A DNA stretch of 46,692 bases from Octopus bimaculoides (lineage: Eukaryota): contig NC_068991.1 of NCBI RefSeq assembly GCF_001194135.2, positions 61,537,151-61,583,842 of the forward strand. The letters are read 5' to 3'. The notes beneath the pieces are model-generated. The model had not been told where the DNA came from, searched no databases, and worked only from the letters and a program-made list of their open reading frames with translations. A program made the translations under genes and the position numbers. Numbering within the stretch: the stretch's first letter is position 1; every line of letters begins with the position of its first letter. Positions 1 through 10,469 of this stretch are shown in pieces.

Positions 1-289
1 CTATTGAGAAGCACAAACTACAACACCGCAACTTTGTGGTGGGAACCAGCCACTTTGATTCCTGAGGTAAAATTATAATGGAAGGTTCTAATTTAAACAC
101 AAATATTTTATAACAAAACAGCTTGTATCACCATAACATCAGTTGTAGATTCAGTTGGAGTGGTAACAGGGTATGTGTGATCAACAAAAGTATTGCTATT
201 TCAATTTTCATTGGAATTTTCCTTGAAGACGGCGAACTAACAAAATCATTAGAGTGGAATGTCTCATATTTGTTCCAAGAGTCTGGATT

Positions 290-468
290 CTGGATTTTGT
301 TAGAGGGTTGCAGCAGGAGTACTCATTCTTGTCAGCTGAGTGGAGTGGAGCAACATAAAATGAAATGTTTTATTCAAGATCACAACACATCACCTGGTCC
401 AGCAATCAAAACTGCAATTTTAAAATCATGCATCCAACATCCTAACCATCAGGTCACATGCCTCCACT
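290..468 (-). mobile_element. Degenerate tRNA-derived SINE (head related to 9330/18855 family)
   Basis: Reverse strand gtggaggcatgtgacctgatggttagg...ttgattgctggacc...ctccactcagctg matches A/B-box head and body of other copies in the window. Confidence 0.65.
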
Positions 469-522
469 GGTTAATCAGGACTGACCCAGGGCTAAACAAC
501 AACAATAACAAGGATGTCTTAC

Positions 523-637
523 CTAGTTCACTGATGGTCAAGTCTTTCAAGGTGCGCTTACAGGATATACAACGTCCTGCTGACTTGTAACACAAACACC
601 GGCCACTTTCCGAACGATGAGGATCGAAAGGTCTCAC
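523..637 (-). CDS. Coding exon (115 nt, phase 0 to 1) of an IL-17 receptor-like gene: VRPFDPHRSESGRCLCYKSAGRCISCKRTLKDLTISEL
   Basis: Acceptor tttttctgattatttcag| and donor CTAG|gtaaga; only one open frame; continues in frame from exon 6703-6750. The VxPF...C...C.RT pattern resembles the F/G strands of the IL17RA/B second domain (similarity judged from memory). Confidence 0.8.
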
Positions 638-690
638 CTGAAATAATCAGAAAAAGCAGGATTAAAAAGGGGCCATGATAGGGAGTTTAA

Positions 691-900
691 CCCTTTGGCA
701 TTCTGATTATCCTGTCAAATGTAATGCTTATCCATGGTTTGAGTTAATCTTGCATCATCTAGAAGCTTTGAGATTTCAATGATTTGATTGTTTATTTTCA
801 GAATGACAATGTAGAATGCAAATGAAAGACAGAATCTGGATGGCTTGAACACAAAACCAGTAGAATAACTGGGCTGGTTATGGCCAATTTAAGCACTTTT
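691..900. mobile_element. TTAA/CCC-ended (piggyBac-type) MITE, right end decayed
   Basis: Starts ttaa|ccctttggcattc; a reversed related copy lies at about 27633-27810. Confidence 0.55.
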
Positions 901-1228
901 AAATGTTGCTTTAACTTGGGCAAACAACCAACTCATCACATTTTTATCATCTTCTCTTTCCTCTTTCTCTCTCCATTCTGGGGTAGTTTTGTTTCTTCTC
1001 TGATGCAAGACAGCTTTTTACCGTCCCTCAATACTATACAAGTTCTTCAGTTGGGAAGGTGCATCTTGCAAGTTACTTGGTAACCTCANNNNNNNNNNTT
1101 CTTCAGTTGGGAAGGTGCATCTTGCAAGTTACTTGGTAACCTCACTGCTGCTGGTGCCACATAAATATCACCAAATACACTCTGTAAAGTGATTGGCAGC
1201 ATTAAGAAGGACATCCAGTCATCAAACT

Positions 1229-1519
1229 GGCACTCCATTGGTTACGATGATGAGCATTCCAGTTATTTCGACCAATGGAACAGCCTGCTCATGAAATTAA
1301 CTTGCAAGTGGCTGAGCACTCCACAGACACATGAAACAGAATGTGATAAGGCTGGACCTTTGTAATACAGCTGCAACTCGTTTTTGTCGGCTGAGTCTTT
1401 CAGTTTCCGTCTACCAAATCCACTCACAAGACACTTGCCGAAGGTGCCATGCAGTGGGACTGAACCCGGAACCATGTGGTTGGTAAGCAAACTACCTACC
1501 ACAGAGCCACTCCTGCACC
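1229..1519 (-). mobile_element. Chimeric tRNA-SINE: family-A head joined to family-C tail
   Basis: 1385-1519 matches the head of 2978-3383; 1229-1385 matches the tail of 14586-14970 (aacagcctgctcatgaaattaac.tgcaagtggctgagc.ctccacagacac). Confidence 0.75.
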
Positions 1520-1568
1520 TATATATAATATATGCATGTATGTATGTATAAATGCATATATTCCACAT

Positions 1569-1602
<34 letters not shown>

Positions 1603-1713
1603 ATGTATGTGTGTGTGTATGTGTGTATGTGTGATTATTTGGTAAGCAGTGCCAGATTTTACAATCTTTAAATGTTGATATTTTATAAGCTAAAAGCTTA
1701 TAAGCATTCAGTG

Positions 1714-1870
1714 TGCATTGACTAAGGTAAATAATTGAAAATATCAGGGCATATAAGCCCTCCACGGAAAAAAATAGGGTTTGGCATATGCATGGGTACA
1801 GCAAACCCTTCTGTTTTTTCCATCGATGGCAACATGCCCCAATATTAGACTATTTACCTTGGTCAATGCA
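1714..1870. repeat. Foldback / MITE-like imperfect palindrome
   Basis: Left arm tgcattgactaaggtaaata...ggaaaaaa.tagggtttg pairs with right arm (reverse complement tgcattgaccaaggtaaata...ggaaaaaacagaagggtttg); short central loop near 1786-1802. Confidence 0.65.
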
Positions 1871-2130
1871 GGGTGATTGCTTCTAAGCTTTAAGCCTATA
1901 AAATGTTACAATATATGAGTATATGCATATATATGTACATGTATGTACATATAGATACATATCTGGGTACATGACATTGCAAAAAAAAAAACATAGACAA
2001 AATGATAAACAAGGTACAAAAAACAAGCAGGCCACATAGAGAACATATCCTTCATCAGCTGCCACCATTAAAACACCAGTGTTTCGAAGAGTTAGTGAGA
2101 GAGAGAGAGAGGAGGGAGAGAAAGAGGGAG

Positions 2131-2172
<42 letters not shown>

Positions 2173-2181
2173 ATACATATA

Positions 2182-2470
2182 GGATCACAACATATAGGTA
2201 CATTGCGGCATAATTTCTTTTCCTCAACAGGCCCTGCCCTGTTTAACATTGTCCCAAAACAGATCCTATCAGCTTTAAACTGAGTCTAGACAGCTTTCTT
2301 CAAAGAATACCAGATAAGCCACAACTCAGTACTGGATACAACTCATTACTTGAATGGACCATAGACAAAACTTGACTGTAAAAAGGATTTAGATAATCCT
2401 ATCAGGTGGTGCTATTAAATTAGACATGGCCTGGACCAATCTTTGGTTGAAACACATCTAAGCTTTATCT
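2182..2470 (+). mobile_element. 3' end of a CR1/L2-group LINE (ORF2 C-terminus plus 3'UTR)
   Basis: Translates GSQHIGTLRHNFFSSTGPALFNIVPKQI, then after a frameshift ISFKLSLDSFLQRIPDKPQLSTGYNSLLEWTIDKT* (stop 2373-2375); GP.LFN...FK..LD.FL..IPD.P is a typical C-terminal motif of such LINEs. Confidence 0.75.
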
Positions 2471-2977
2471 AAGTTTTATATATATGAATGAGAAAAGAGG
2501 AAGAAAATAAAAGCAGTGGGAGTGAAAGAGGTGGAAAGAAGCAAAGAAAGAAAGAAAAAAGCAAGGAGATAATGTCAAAAGAAAAAGCAGACAAACAATA
2601 AAATAAGACAGACAAAAAAGAGGAGGCAGCTTATACTGGGCCAACCATTTCCATAAATGTTGACCTAATATTGACAGCAACACATAAAACCACCACTGCC
2701 ACCATCCATCCATCACTTACAATACTACAAGTTCTTCTAAGCTCTAAACAGCATCCACCCCTGACAGTAGCTGACACTGTCACCATCCTTCATCTTTCCA
2801 ATAATAGAGGCTGTTGTTGCTGCTGCCACCCAACACCATAGCCATGGGTAGTAACATAACATATATATGTATATATATATATATCTATATATACAAGAAT
2901 AAGGGCAGAGAATCGTCAATTAATAATAGAATTAATAATTAACAATTCTGCCAAGTAGTTCAGTATATATATATATA

Positions 2978-3383
2978 TACTCTTTTACTCTTTTATTTGT
3001 TTCAGTCATTTGACTGCCGCCATGCTGGAGCACTGCCTTTAGTCGAGCAAATTGACCCTGAGACTTATTCTTTGTAAGTCTAGTACTTATTCTATCGGTC
3101 TGTTTTGCCGAACCACTAAGTGACTGGGACATAAACACACCAGCATCGGTTGTCAAGTGATGCTGGTGGGACAAACAAAGACACACAAACACACAGACAT
3201 ATATATATATATATACACATATATACGACGGGCTTCTTTCAGTTTCCGTCTACCAAATCCACTCACAAGGCTTGGGTCGGCCCGAGGCTATAGTAGAAGA
3301 CACTTGCCCAAGGTGCCACGCAGTGGGACTGAACCAAGAACCATGTGGTTGGTAAGCAAGCTACTTACCACACAGCCACTCCT
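2978..3383 (-). mobile_element. Full-length tRNA-SINE family A (ggagtggctgtgtggtaag head, internal (TA)n/(TG)n, gagtaaaaga tail)
   Basis: Near-identical blocks recur at 10470, 18003, 22506, 29860, 32199 and 46507; B-box ggttcagtcc; ccttgggcaagt after the head. Confidence 0.9.
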
Positions 3384-3456
3384 ATATATTACATATCTCT
3401 TTTACTCTTTTACTTGTTTCAGTCTTTTGACTGTGGCCATGCTGGAGCACCGCCTT

Positions 3457-3493
<37 letters not shown>

Positions 3494-4754
3494 CATATAT
3501 GATGGTGGTATTGTAATTGGTGGGTGTGGCAACAGCAGTGGCAGCAGTAGTGACTTCCATTGTTGAAGCAGGTGAAAAATGAGTGTGTGAGAGTAACGGA
3601 AACCTGTAGGTTGATGCTGTACTTTAAGACTTCCTTAGCACTGAACACTCCTAATTATACTCAAGCACTCAAGCAAGCATATGGGTGTGTGTCATTGACG
3701 TTGACTGTGATATTGCATGTGTGTGTATATCTATCTATTATATATATATATATATATATAAAAGATAATAAGAGTGAAAAAACTACAGAAGGCTTGTGTT
3801 ACATGGCTAAAGTATATATTTAAATTATGTCAGAAAAATGTAAGAAAAATGTTAGGAAAATGTTATAAAATCTTTTTGGTATATAAACATTGTATTTTGA
3901 GAAATAACCAGTTTCGTGTTGTCTTTTCAAATTTCTCTACTTCATTGTGTCGTGTTCGTTCCAGTCTGAGAAAGGAGAATTCTAGATATATATATATATA
4001 TATATACATATATATATAATATTTACTCTTTCACTTGTTTCAGTCATTTGACTGTGGCCATGCTGGAGCACTGNNNNNNNNNNNNNNNNNNNNNNNNNNN
4101 NNNNNNNNNNNNNNNNNNNNNNNNNNNNNNNNNNNNNNNNNNNNNNNNNNNNNNNNNNNNNNNNNNNNNNNNNNNNNNNNNNNNNNNNNNNNNNNNNNNN
4201 NNNNNNNNNNNNNNNNNNNNNNNNNNNNNNNNNNNNNNNNNNNNNNNNNNNNNNNNNNNNNNNNNNNNNNNNNNNNNNNNNNNNNNNNNNNNNNNNNNNN
4301 NNNNNNNNNNNNNNNNNNNNNNNNNNNNNNNNNNNNNNNNNNNNNNNNNNNNNNNNNNNNNNNNNNNNNNNNNNNNNNNNNNNNNNNNNNNNNNNNNNNN
4401 NNNNNNNNNNNNNNNNNNNNNNNNNNNNNNNNNNNNNNNNNNNNNNNNNNNNNNNNNNNNNNNNNNNNNNNNNNNNNNNNNNNNNAATACAAAAAAGGTG
4501 TTTTTTTTGTATGATTGTGTATAGAGGAATATATTATTTTGTTTAAAAGAGTTCCAACACTGTCTGTTTTTTATGTTTTATTTATATTCCTGCAGAACCA
4601 ATGTGGGGTATAGAATATGGAATATACAATATATAATATAATATAAAATAAAATAAAATAAAAATGGATGGCACCATTAAAGAAAGTATTGAATGTAGAT
4701 GAAATATTGAGTGTTCAATATAAAGGATCAAATATATAAATATAAATATATAAA

Positions 4755-4794
4755 GGCGACTCGAGTTTCAGGGCTATTTCCCTTCGTCATGGCC
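4755..4794 (-). ncRNA. Minimal type-I hammerhead-ribozyme-like motif (Penelope pLTR type)
   Basis: Minus strand GGC-CATGACGA-AGGG aaatag CCCT-GAAA-CTCGAG-TC/GCC: stems I and II pair, stem III is the palindrome ACTCGAGT, GUC cleavage triplet; one extra A after C3. Confidence 0.55.
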
Positions 4795-5433
4795 GGTATG
4801 ACAGACTAGTCAATTCGATGATGTCAGGGCCTCATTAGGGATTAAATAATCCAAAAATTTCACTGGTTAATCACTATCAGATACGAAAGAATGAAGGATA
4901 TCTTAACAGTTGACTAATAATATTTTTTACTATCTAACTTATCCTTCATTTATTTTATTATATAATTCTTCTCTTGCATATTTAAGTATTTCTTTTTCTT
5001 TAAATTTATATACTATATATTTTTACATAAATTTATATTTTTCTTTACTTTTTATCTTATATTTTCTTACTTTACCTTTATTTCTGTTATTTTAATTTTA
5101 TTTCATCTTTAAATCTGTAATTCACTAGTTAAATACATGCGCATAATGTATGTGATCTAACTTCTTAAACTTATATGTAATTCAGCTGCATCTTTCAAGG
5201 AATATGTTAACCTTTGTTGTATAAGCTTATAAAGCCCTGATAAGATTCTGTCCCCATATAGTTGAAAATGATGACCAATTCCTAGCATATGAGTCTACTC
5301 AAATGCATAGAATTATGAATCACCTAGAGGCATAAACTGAAACATATATGTAGGTTTTTGGCATCTGCCATTTCTTTTAGAGCTTTATAATTCATTTGTA
5401 TCATTTTTATAAAAAAAAACATTCTTTCATTAT

Positions 5434-5472
<39 letters not shown>

Positions 5473-6271
5473 NNNNNNNNNNNNNNNNNNNNNNNNNNNN
5501 NNNNNNNNNNNNNNNNNNNNNNNNNNNNNNNNNNNNNNNNNNNNNNNNNNNNNNNNNNNNNNNNNNNNNNNNNNNNNNNNNNNNNNNNNNNNNNNNNNNN
5601 NNNNNNNNNNNNNNNNNNNNNNNNNNNNNNNNNNNNNNNNNNNNNNNNNNNNNNNNNNNNNNNNNNNNNNNNNNNNNNNNNNNNNNNNNNNNNNNNNNNN
5701 NNNNNNNNNNNNNNNNNNNNNNNNNNNNNNNNNNNNNNNNNNNNNNNNNNNNNNNNNNNNNNNNNNNNNNNNNNNNNNNNNNNNNNNNNNNNNNNNNNNN
5801 NNNNNNNNNNNNNNNNNNNNNNNNNNNNNNNNNNNNNNNNNNNNNNNNNNNNNNNNNNNNNNNNNNNNNNNNNNNNNNNNNNNNNNNNNNNNNNNNNNNN
5901 NNNNNNNNNNNNNNNNNNNNNNNNNNNNNNNNNNNNNNNNNNNNNNNNNNNNNNNNNNNNNNNNNNNNNNNNNNNNNNNNNNNNNNNNNNNNNNNNNNNN
6001 NNNNNNNNNNNNNNNNNNNNNNNNNNNNNNNNNACACACACACATATATTTACATACATTTATATACATATATTTATATATCTATACACACGTACACGCA
6101 CATGAACACATGCACGCACACACACACACACACACATATAGAGAGAGAAAGGCAATTATGTGGATTAAGAAATTAATAGTTTGGGTATGAAATACAAAAG
6201 AGAGAAAGCAAAAGGTGGAGACTTTCAGATGATGAATTTTTAAGTATAAATATATAGATATTTATATTAGA

Positions 6272-6560
6272 CGACTGCGCTGGTAGGGTCATGTGTTGTA
6301 AATGAATGAGGACAGCTGTGTGAAAAAGTGTCACACCCTAGCAGTTGAGGGAACCTGTGGAAGAGGTAGACCCAGGAAAACCTGGGACGAGGTGGTGAAG
6401 CATGACCTTTGAACATTGGGCCTTACTGAGGCAATGACTAGTGACCGGGACCTTCGGAGATATGCTGTGCTTGAGAGAACCCGACAAGCCAAGTGAGACC
6501 ATAGCTCATGGCTTATGCCAGTGGGTGTAACCAGCTCATTTATGAATACCCCTCGTTTAT
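6272..6560 (+). mobile_element. RTE-clade LINE 3' fragment (decayed)
   Basis: Translates RLRW*GHVL*MNEDSCVKKCHTLAVEGTCGRGRPRKTWDEVVKHDL*TLGLTEAMTSDRDLRRYAVLERTRQAK* (stop 6494-6496); RLRWxGHV...GRP..TW is the RTE C-terminal motif. Confidence 0.9.
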
Positions 6561-6702
6561 TCTCTGAATGAGAAATGCTACGTTGCAAAACAGAGATAAC
6601 AGTTCCCCCTTAAATATTTCCAGCCCCTCAGCAGCACCCATTATGGCTACTACCTTTAGTATGCAAACATAAATATACAAAAGAGAATACAGATACACTT
6701 AC

Positions 6703-6750
6703 GGATATGGTATATTTGCCATTGCAGATATTGTTGAAGACAACTTCCTT
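6703..6750 (-). CDS. Coding exon (48 nt, phase 0 to 0) of the IL-17 receptor-like gene: KEVVFNNICNGKYTIS
   Basis: Acceptor atattatctcttacag| and donor TCC|gtaagt; supplies the FnIII E-F segment (F.N...G.Y) missing between the two flanking exons, in the required phase. Confidence 0.85.
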
Positions 6751-7651
6751 CTGTAAGAGATAATATTTCTATTATTATAACAATTATAATCATATATTTG
6801 CTACAAGGGTAACATAATTAGTTGAAAACAATACAATTCAGACTAAAAAACACAGAATTATACAAATGCATGTTTCGCATTAATTTTTTTACGGATAGAA
6901 CATTGGCTCTGTTGGAGACGTTTCCATACCTAATTATTATATTTTCTAGTAGGGGTTCTGAATGAGAAGGGTAGATGCGAGACAACCACCAAAAATGTCC
7001 ATGCAAATGTTTTCGGCCATCTCACATTAACCAATCAAGATACAGAGTTTTAAAACAGAAAAATGTCCATAATGAAAATTTTTTTTACATAATGCTCATT
7101 TCAAGAAGTAGCACATTGTTAATATTTCATGTGGCTTCCCTGAGCTTCAATAATAGCTTCAGTGCACCTGGGAAGAGATGCATACAAGTCCTTCATCATC
7201 TTCACATATATGTGGTGATACTGTTTAAAGAACAGAGAGGCAGGCAAACAGACATAGGTAGAAGAAGAGAGAGTAAGAGGAGACACCGAGATAGAGAGAC
7301 AAAGAAAGAGAGAGCAAGAGCAAGATAGAGAAAAAGATAGAGAGAGTAAGAAAGAAAGAAAGAAAGATAGAGAGAGCAGGAAAGAGAGAGAGAGAGCTAG
7401 AGAAAGAGTGAAGAGAATGAGAGATAAAGAGAGTAAGAGGGAGTTAGAGAAAGAGAGAGCAAGAGAAGGAGAGACCAAGAGAGAGAGAGAGAGAGAGAGT
7501 AAGAGAGAAAATGAAAGAAACATTAAAATGTTTTCTGTCAAATACGTCAGCATTAAAACAGCAAAGCCAAATATGTGCCACCAAAATGGTTCTGTGAAAG
7601 TGTCTCATGCTCTCTTGTGATGCTGTGAAAATAACAGCAGTTAGAACTTAC

Positions 7652-7800
7652 CTCAGCTGTTTTTTTAGTTATATTACGAATACCTCCAATTAACTCCACT
7701 TCGTAATACACAAATTTCATTTCTTGTGGGGTATGTGAAAATCGCACTTTTAGGCTGTGATGATCTTTATCAACATGTGTGCTGATATTAGATTGCCATT
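7652..7800 (-). CDS. Coding exon (149 nt, phase 1 to 0) of the IL-17 receptor-like gene: (Q)WQSNISTHVDKDHHSLKVRFSHTPQEMKFVYYEVELIGGIRNITKKTAE
   Basis: Acceptor ctattttctttacatttcag| and donor CTGAG|gtaagt; open frame; W..N.S...L.V.F.H.P..F..Y pattern like IL17RD WKPRNLNIS...MQVSFDHAPHNFGFRFFY; two N-glycosylation sequons (NIS, NIT). Confidence 0.85.
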
Positions 7801-8120
7801 CTGAAATGTAAAGAAAATAGGATTAGAGATTCTGTTAGAAACGGAATTCAAGTACACTAATAAATTAGTTTAGAAACTTTATCATTTTTTTGCATCATTT
7901 AACAAAATCTTTAAAGATAAAAATTTAAAGAAACAGTATTTTGGCATATATCTTAAGGGCTTAGAATAAATAAACTTGTTTTATTCTGTACGTTTTCACA
8001 ACTTAATTCATAGTATTTTCGCATTATGTGCCAGTTTGGCTGGGTAACATTGCAAGCAAGCAAGATTCAATTTCACTTTTTATGTATTATAGTAATATCC
8101 CACACAACAAATGATTTCTT

Positions 8121-8408
8121 GTGCTGAAACACTTTCTGGACATTTGACCTGACCCCCAAACTGATACCTCTGCACTTCTTCGTCTGGCTGAACTTGTTCT
8201 GTCCCTCAACTGCTTCTCATTCGCGGTGGATTTTTACCAACAGTTCTCGGGAGTGGACATGGGGATGAGAATGGGTCCCAACAATGTGAACCTGTTCGTT
8301 GGCTATGTTGAGGTCCAAATATTCTCACAGTTTACTGGTCCAATCCCGAACTATACGGTCATTATATCCTTCCATCCTGCCCTCAAATTCTCCTGCACTA
8401 TCTCGAAG
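8121..8408 (+). mobile_element. Penelope-like element reverse-transcriptase fragment
   Basis: VLKHFLDI*PDPQTDTSALLRLAELVLSLNCFSFAVDFYQQFSGVDMGMRMGPNNVNLFVGYVEVQIFSQFTGPIP...SFHPALKF; matches PLE RT motifs (G.AMG..MGP..ANLF, FHP.LKF). Confidence 0.85.
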
Positions 8409-9064
8409 TTTAGCAGAGGGTGATGTTCTGCTGGTGAGGTTGAAGGTAGTGAGAAGGGGTGAGAGGGAGAGGAGAGAGATATGAGGAAGAGAGAGAGGAG
8501 AGAACAGAGATAGAGAGATGATGATAGCGGTAGTGGTAGTGATGGTGGTTGAGGTAGTAGTAGTGACTGAATAGTGAAAATGTATTTTTCTAACTAATTT
8601 TTTTACATTACCTATCACTTAACGCATACACATAAGTGCAATTCTGTGAAATATTCATGCTTATTAATTTGGCAGACGTGCAATTTCACTAAAGGTTGTA
8701 TCATATCTATGGTGATATTTTTTTAGTTTATGGAAAAAAATAGAAAAATAAGAGCGAAAATTTATTTTATGAGTGCTGTGTATTAAGTCTATAAAATTGT
8801 GTATGAAGTATATAAAGTGTATTAATTAATCATCGTATTCCAATTTCTTTCAGTTACAGACACAACACAGACTATGCTTTCAGGATTTTTGTATAAAGTT
8901 TTCAGAGATAACCCAATAGGTTTACCATTAATCCCATGAAATATTCATGGGTTCTACTAGTACATATATATATATAACAGCTATATTTGTAATATAACAT
9001 TAACAAGCATTAAATCAGACATACAGACAGACAGATGCACAGAAATAAATAAAATAGTTCTTAC

Positions 9065-9089
9065 GGTATGGATAACATAACCCATTGGT
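9065..9089 (-). CDS. Coding micro-exon (25 nt, phase 0 to 1) of the IL-17 receptor-like gene: TNGLCYPY
   Basis: Acceptor tattttctttatcttttgcag| and donor ACC|gtaaga; length gives the phase-1 end the next exon needs; NGLCYPYQW aligns with IL17RD DNLACKPFW. Confidence 0.75.
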
Positions 9090-9329
9090 CTGCAAAAGAT
9101 AAAGAAAATATACATTAATAACATATATATACATATATATAAATATGCAATATACCTACATATACAATATATTATTACACACACAAACATATTTAATTCT
9201 TGTACAAGAAGCTACGTCAAAACTTTGATAGATGCAACAGGTCTATGATCAGAAGGTAACTGCAGTGATTCCTTAATTCATTCAGTTGTGAAGCATTTGG
9301 CATATATGATTTCTATAATGCTACAATGG

Positions 9330-9585
9330 TGAAGGCACATGGCTCAGTGGTTAGAGCGTTGGGCTTACAATTGTGAGGTTGTGAGTTCAATTCCTAGAAA
9401 GAGCTGTGTTGAGTTCTTTGAGCAAGACATTATATTTTCACATTGTTTCAGTTCATTCAGCTGTAGGAATGATTTGTAATGTCATTGGTGCCAAGCTGTA
9501 TCGGGCTTTGTCTTTCCCTTGGACAGCACTGGTGGCATGGAAAGGAGAGGCTGGTATGCCTGAATGAATGCTGGTCTTCCATAAA
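9330..9585 (+). mobile_element. tRNA-SINE family D (truncated by gap)
   Basis: gaaggcacatggctcagtggttagagcg...gagttcaattcc...ttgagcaagacat; same family as 18855-19190. Confidence 0.85.
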
Positions 9586-10344
9586 NNNNNNNNNNNNNNN
9601 NNNNNNNNNNNNNNNNNNNNNNNNNNNNNNNNNNNNNNNNNNNNNNNNNNNNNNNNNNNNNNNNNNNNNNNNNNNNNNNNNNNNNNNNNNNNNNNNNNNN
9701 NNNNNNNNNNNNNNNNNNNNNNNNNNNNNNNNNNNNNNNNNNNNNNNNNNNNNNNNNNNNNNNNNNNNNNNNNNNNNNNNNNNNNNNNNNNNNNNNNNNN
9801 NNNNNNNNNNNNNNNNNNNNNNNNNNNNNNNNNNNNNNNNNNNNNNNNNNNNNNNNNNNNNNNNNNNNNNNNNNNNNNNNNNNNNNNNNNNNNNNNNNNN
9901 NNNNNNNNNNNNNNNNNNNNNNNNNNNNNNNNNNNNNNNNNNNNNNNNNNNNNNNNNNNNNNNNNNNNNNNNNNNNNNNNNNNNNNNNNNNNNNNNNNNN
10001 NNNNNNNNNNNNNNNNNNNNNNNNNNNNNNNNNNNNNNNNNNNNNNNNNNNNNNNNNNNNNNNNNNNNNNNNNNNNNNNNNNNNNNNNNNNNNNNNNNNN
10101 NNNNNNNNNNNNNNNNNNNNNNNNNNNNNNNNNNNNNNNNNNNNNNNNNNNNNNNNNNNNNNNNNNNNNNNNNNNNNNCCTCATCCACATATTGGTGGGG
10201 GGGATATGCTCTCACACACGTAGACAGAGGCGGGAGGGGTGGAGGGGAAGATTGAGAATAACATTACAAGAGAAACATAAAAACATCTGATGTGAAACAA
10301 GCCAGCATTGAATCAGCACCGCCAAATAAACGGCACCAAAATGA

Positions 10345-10396
10345 CTGCGCCAAAGTGGCTGTGCCAAAGTGGCTGCGCCAAAGTGGCTGTGCCAAA
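10345..10396. repeat. 14-bp minisatellite with alternating variants (ctgcgccaaagtgg / ctgtgccaaagtgg)
   Basis: About 3.7 units read directly; preceded by degenerate units. Confidence 0.85.
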
Positions 10397-10469
10397 AGAT
10401 TTCATACCCTGTGGCTACACGAGAATGTTGGACATTCTTCTCTGACCCAAGGAAACTATCTTCTATCTT

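Noticed and set aside
128-282. Phase-compatible open frame after the 115-nt exon (DSWNKYETF...IEIAILLLITHTLLPLQLNLQLMLW*)
   Set aside because: Acceptor lacks a pyrimidine tract, the hydrophobic part is not TM-like, and it ends in a stop before any SEFIR domain.
123-590. 155-aa plus-strand ORF
   Set aside because: Antisense to a real exon plus a SINE; no recognisable motif.
1043-1144. Exact 46-bp direct repeat either side of a 10-N gap
   Set aside because: Typical unmerged contig overlap; assembly artefact.
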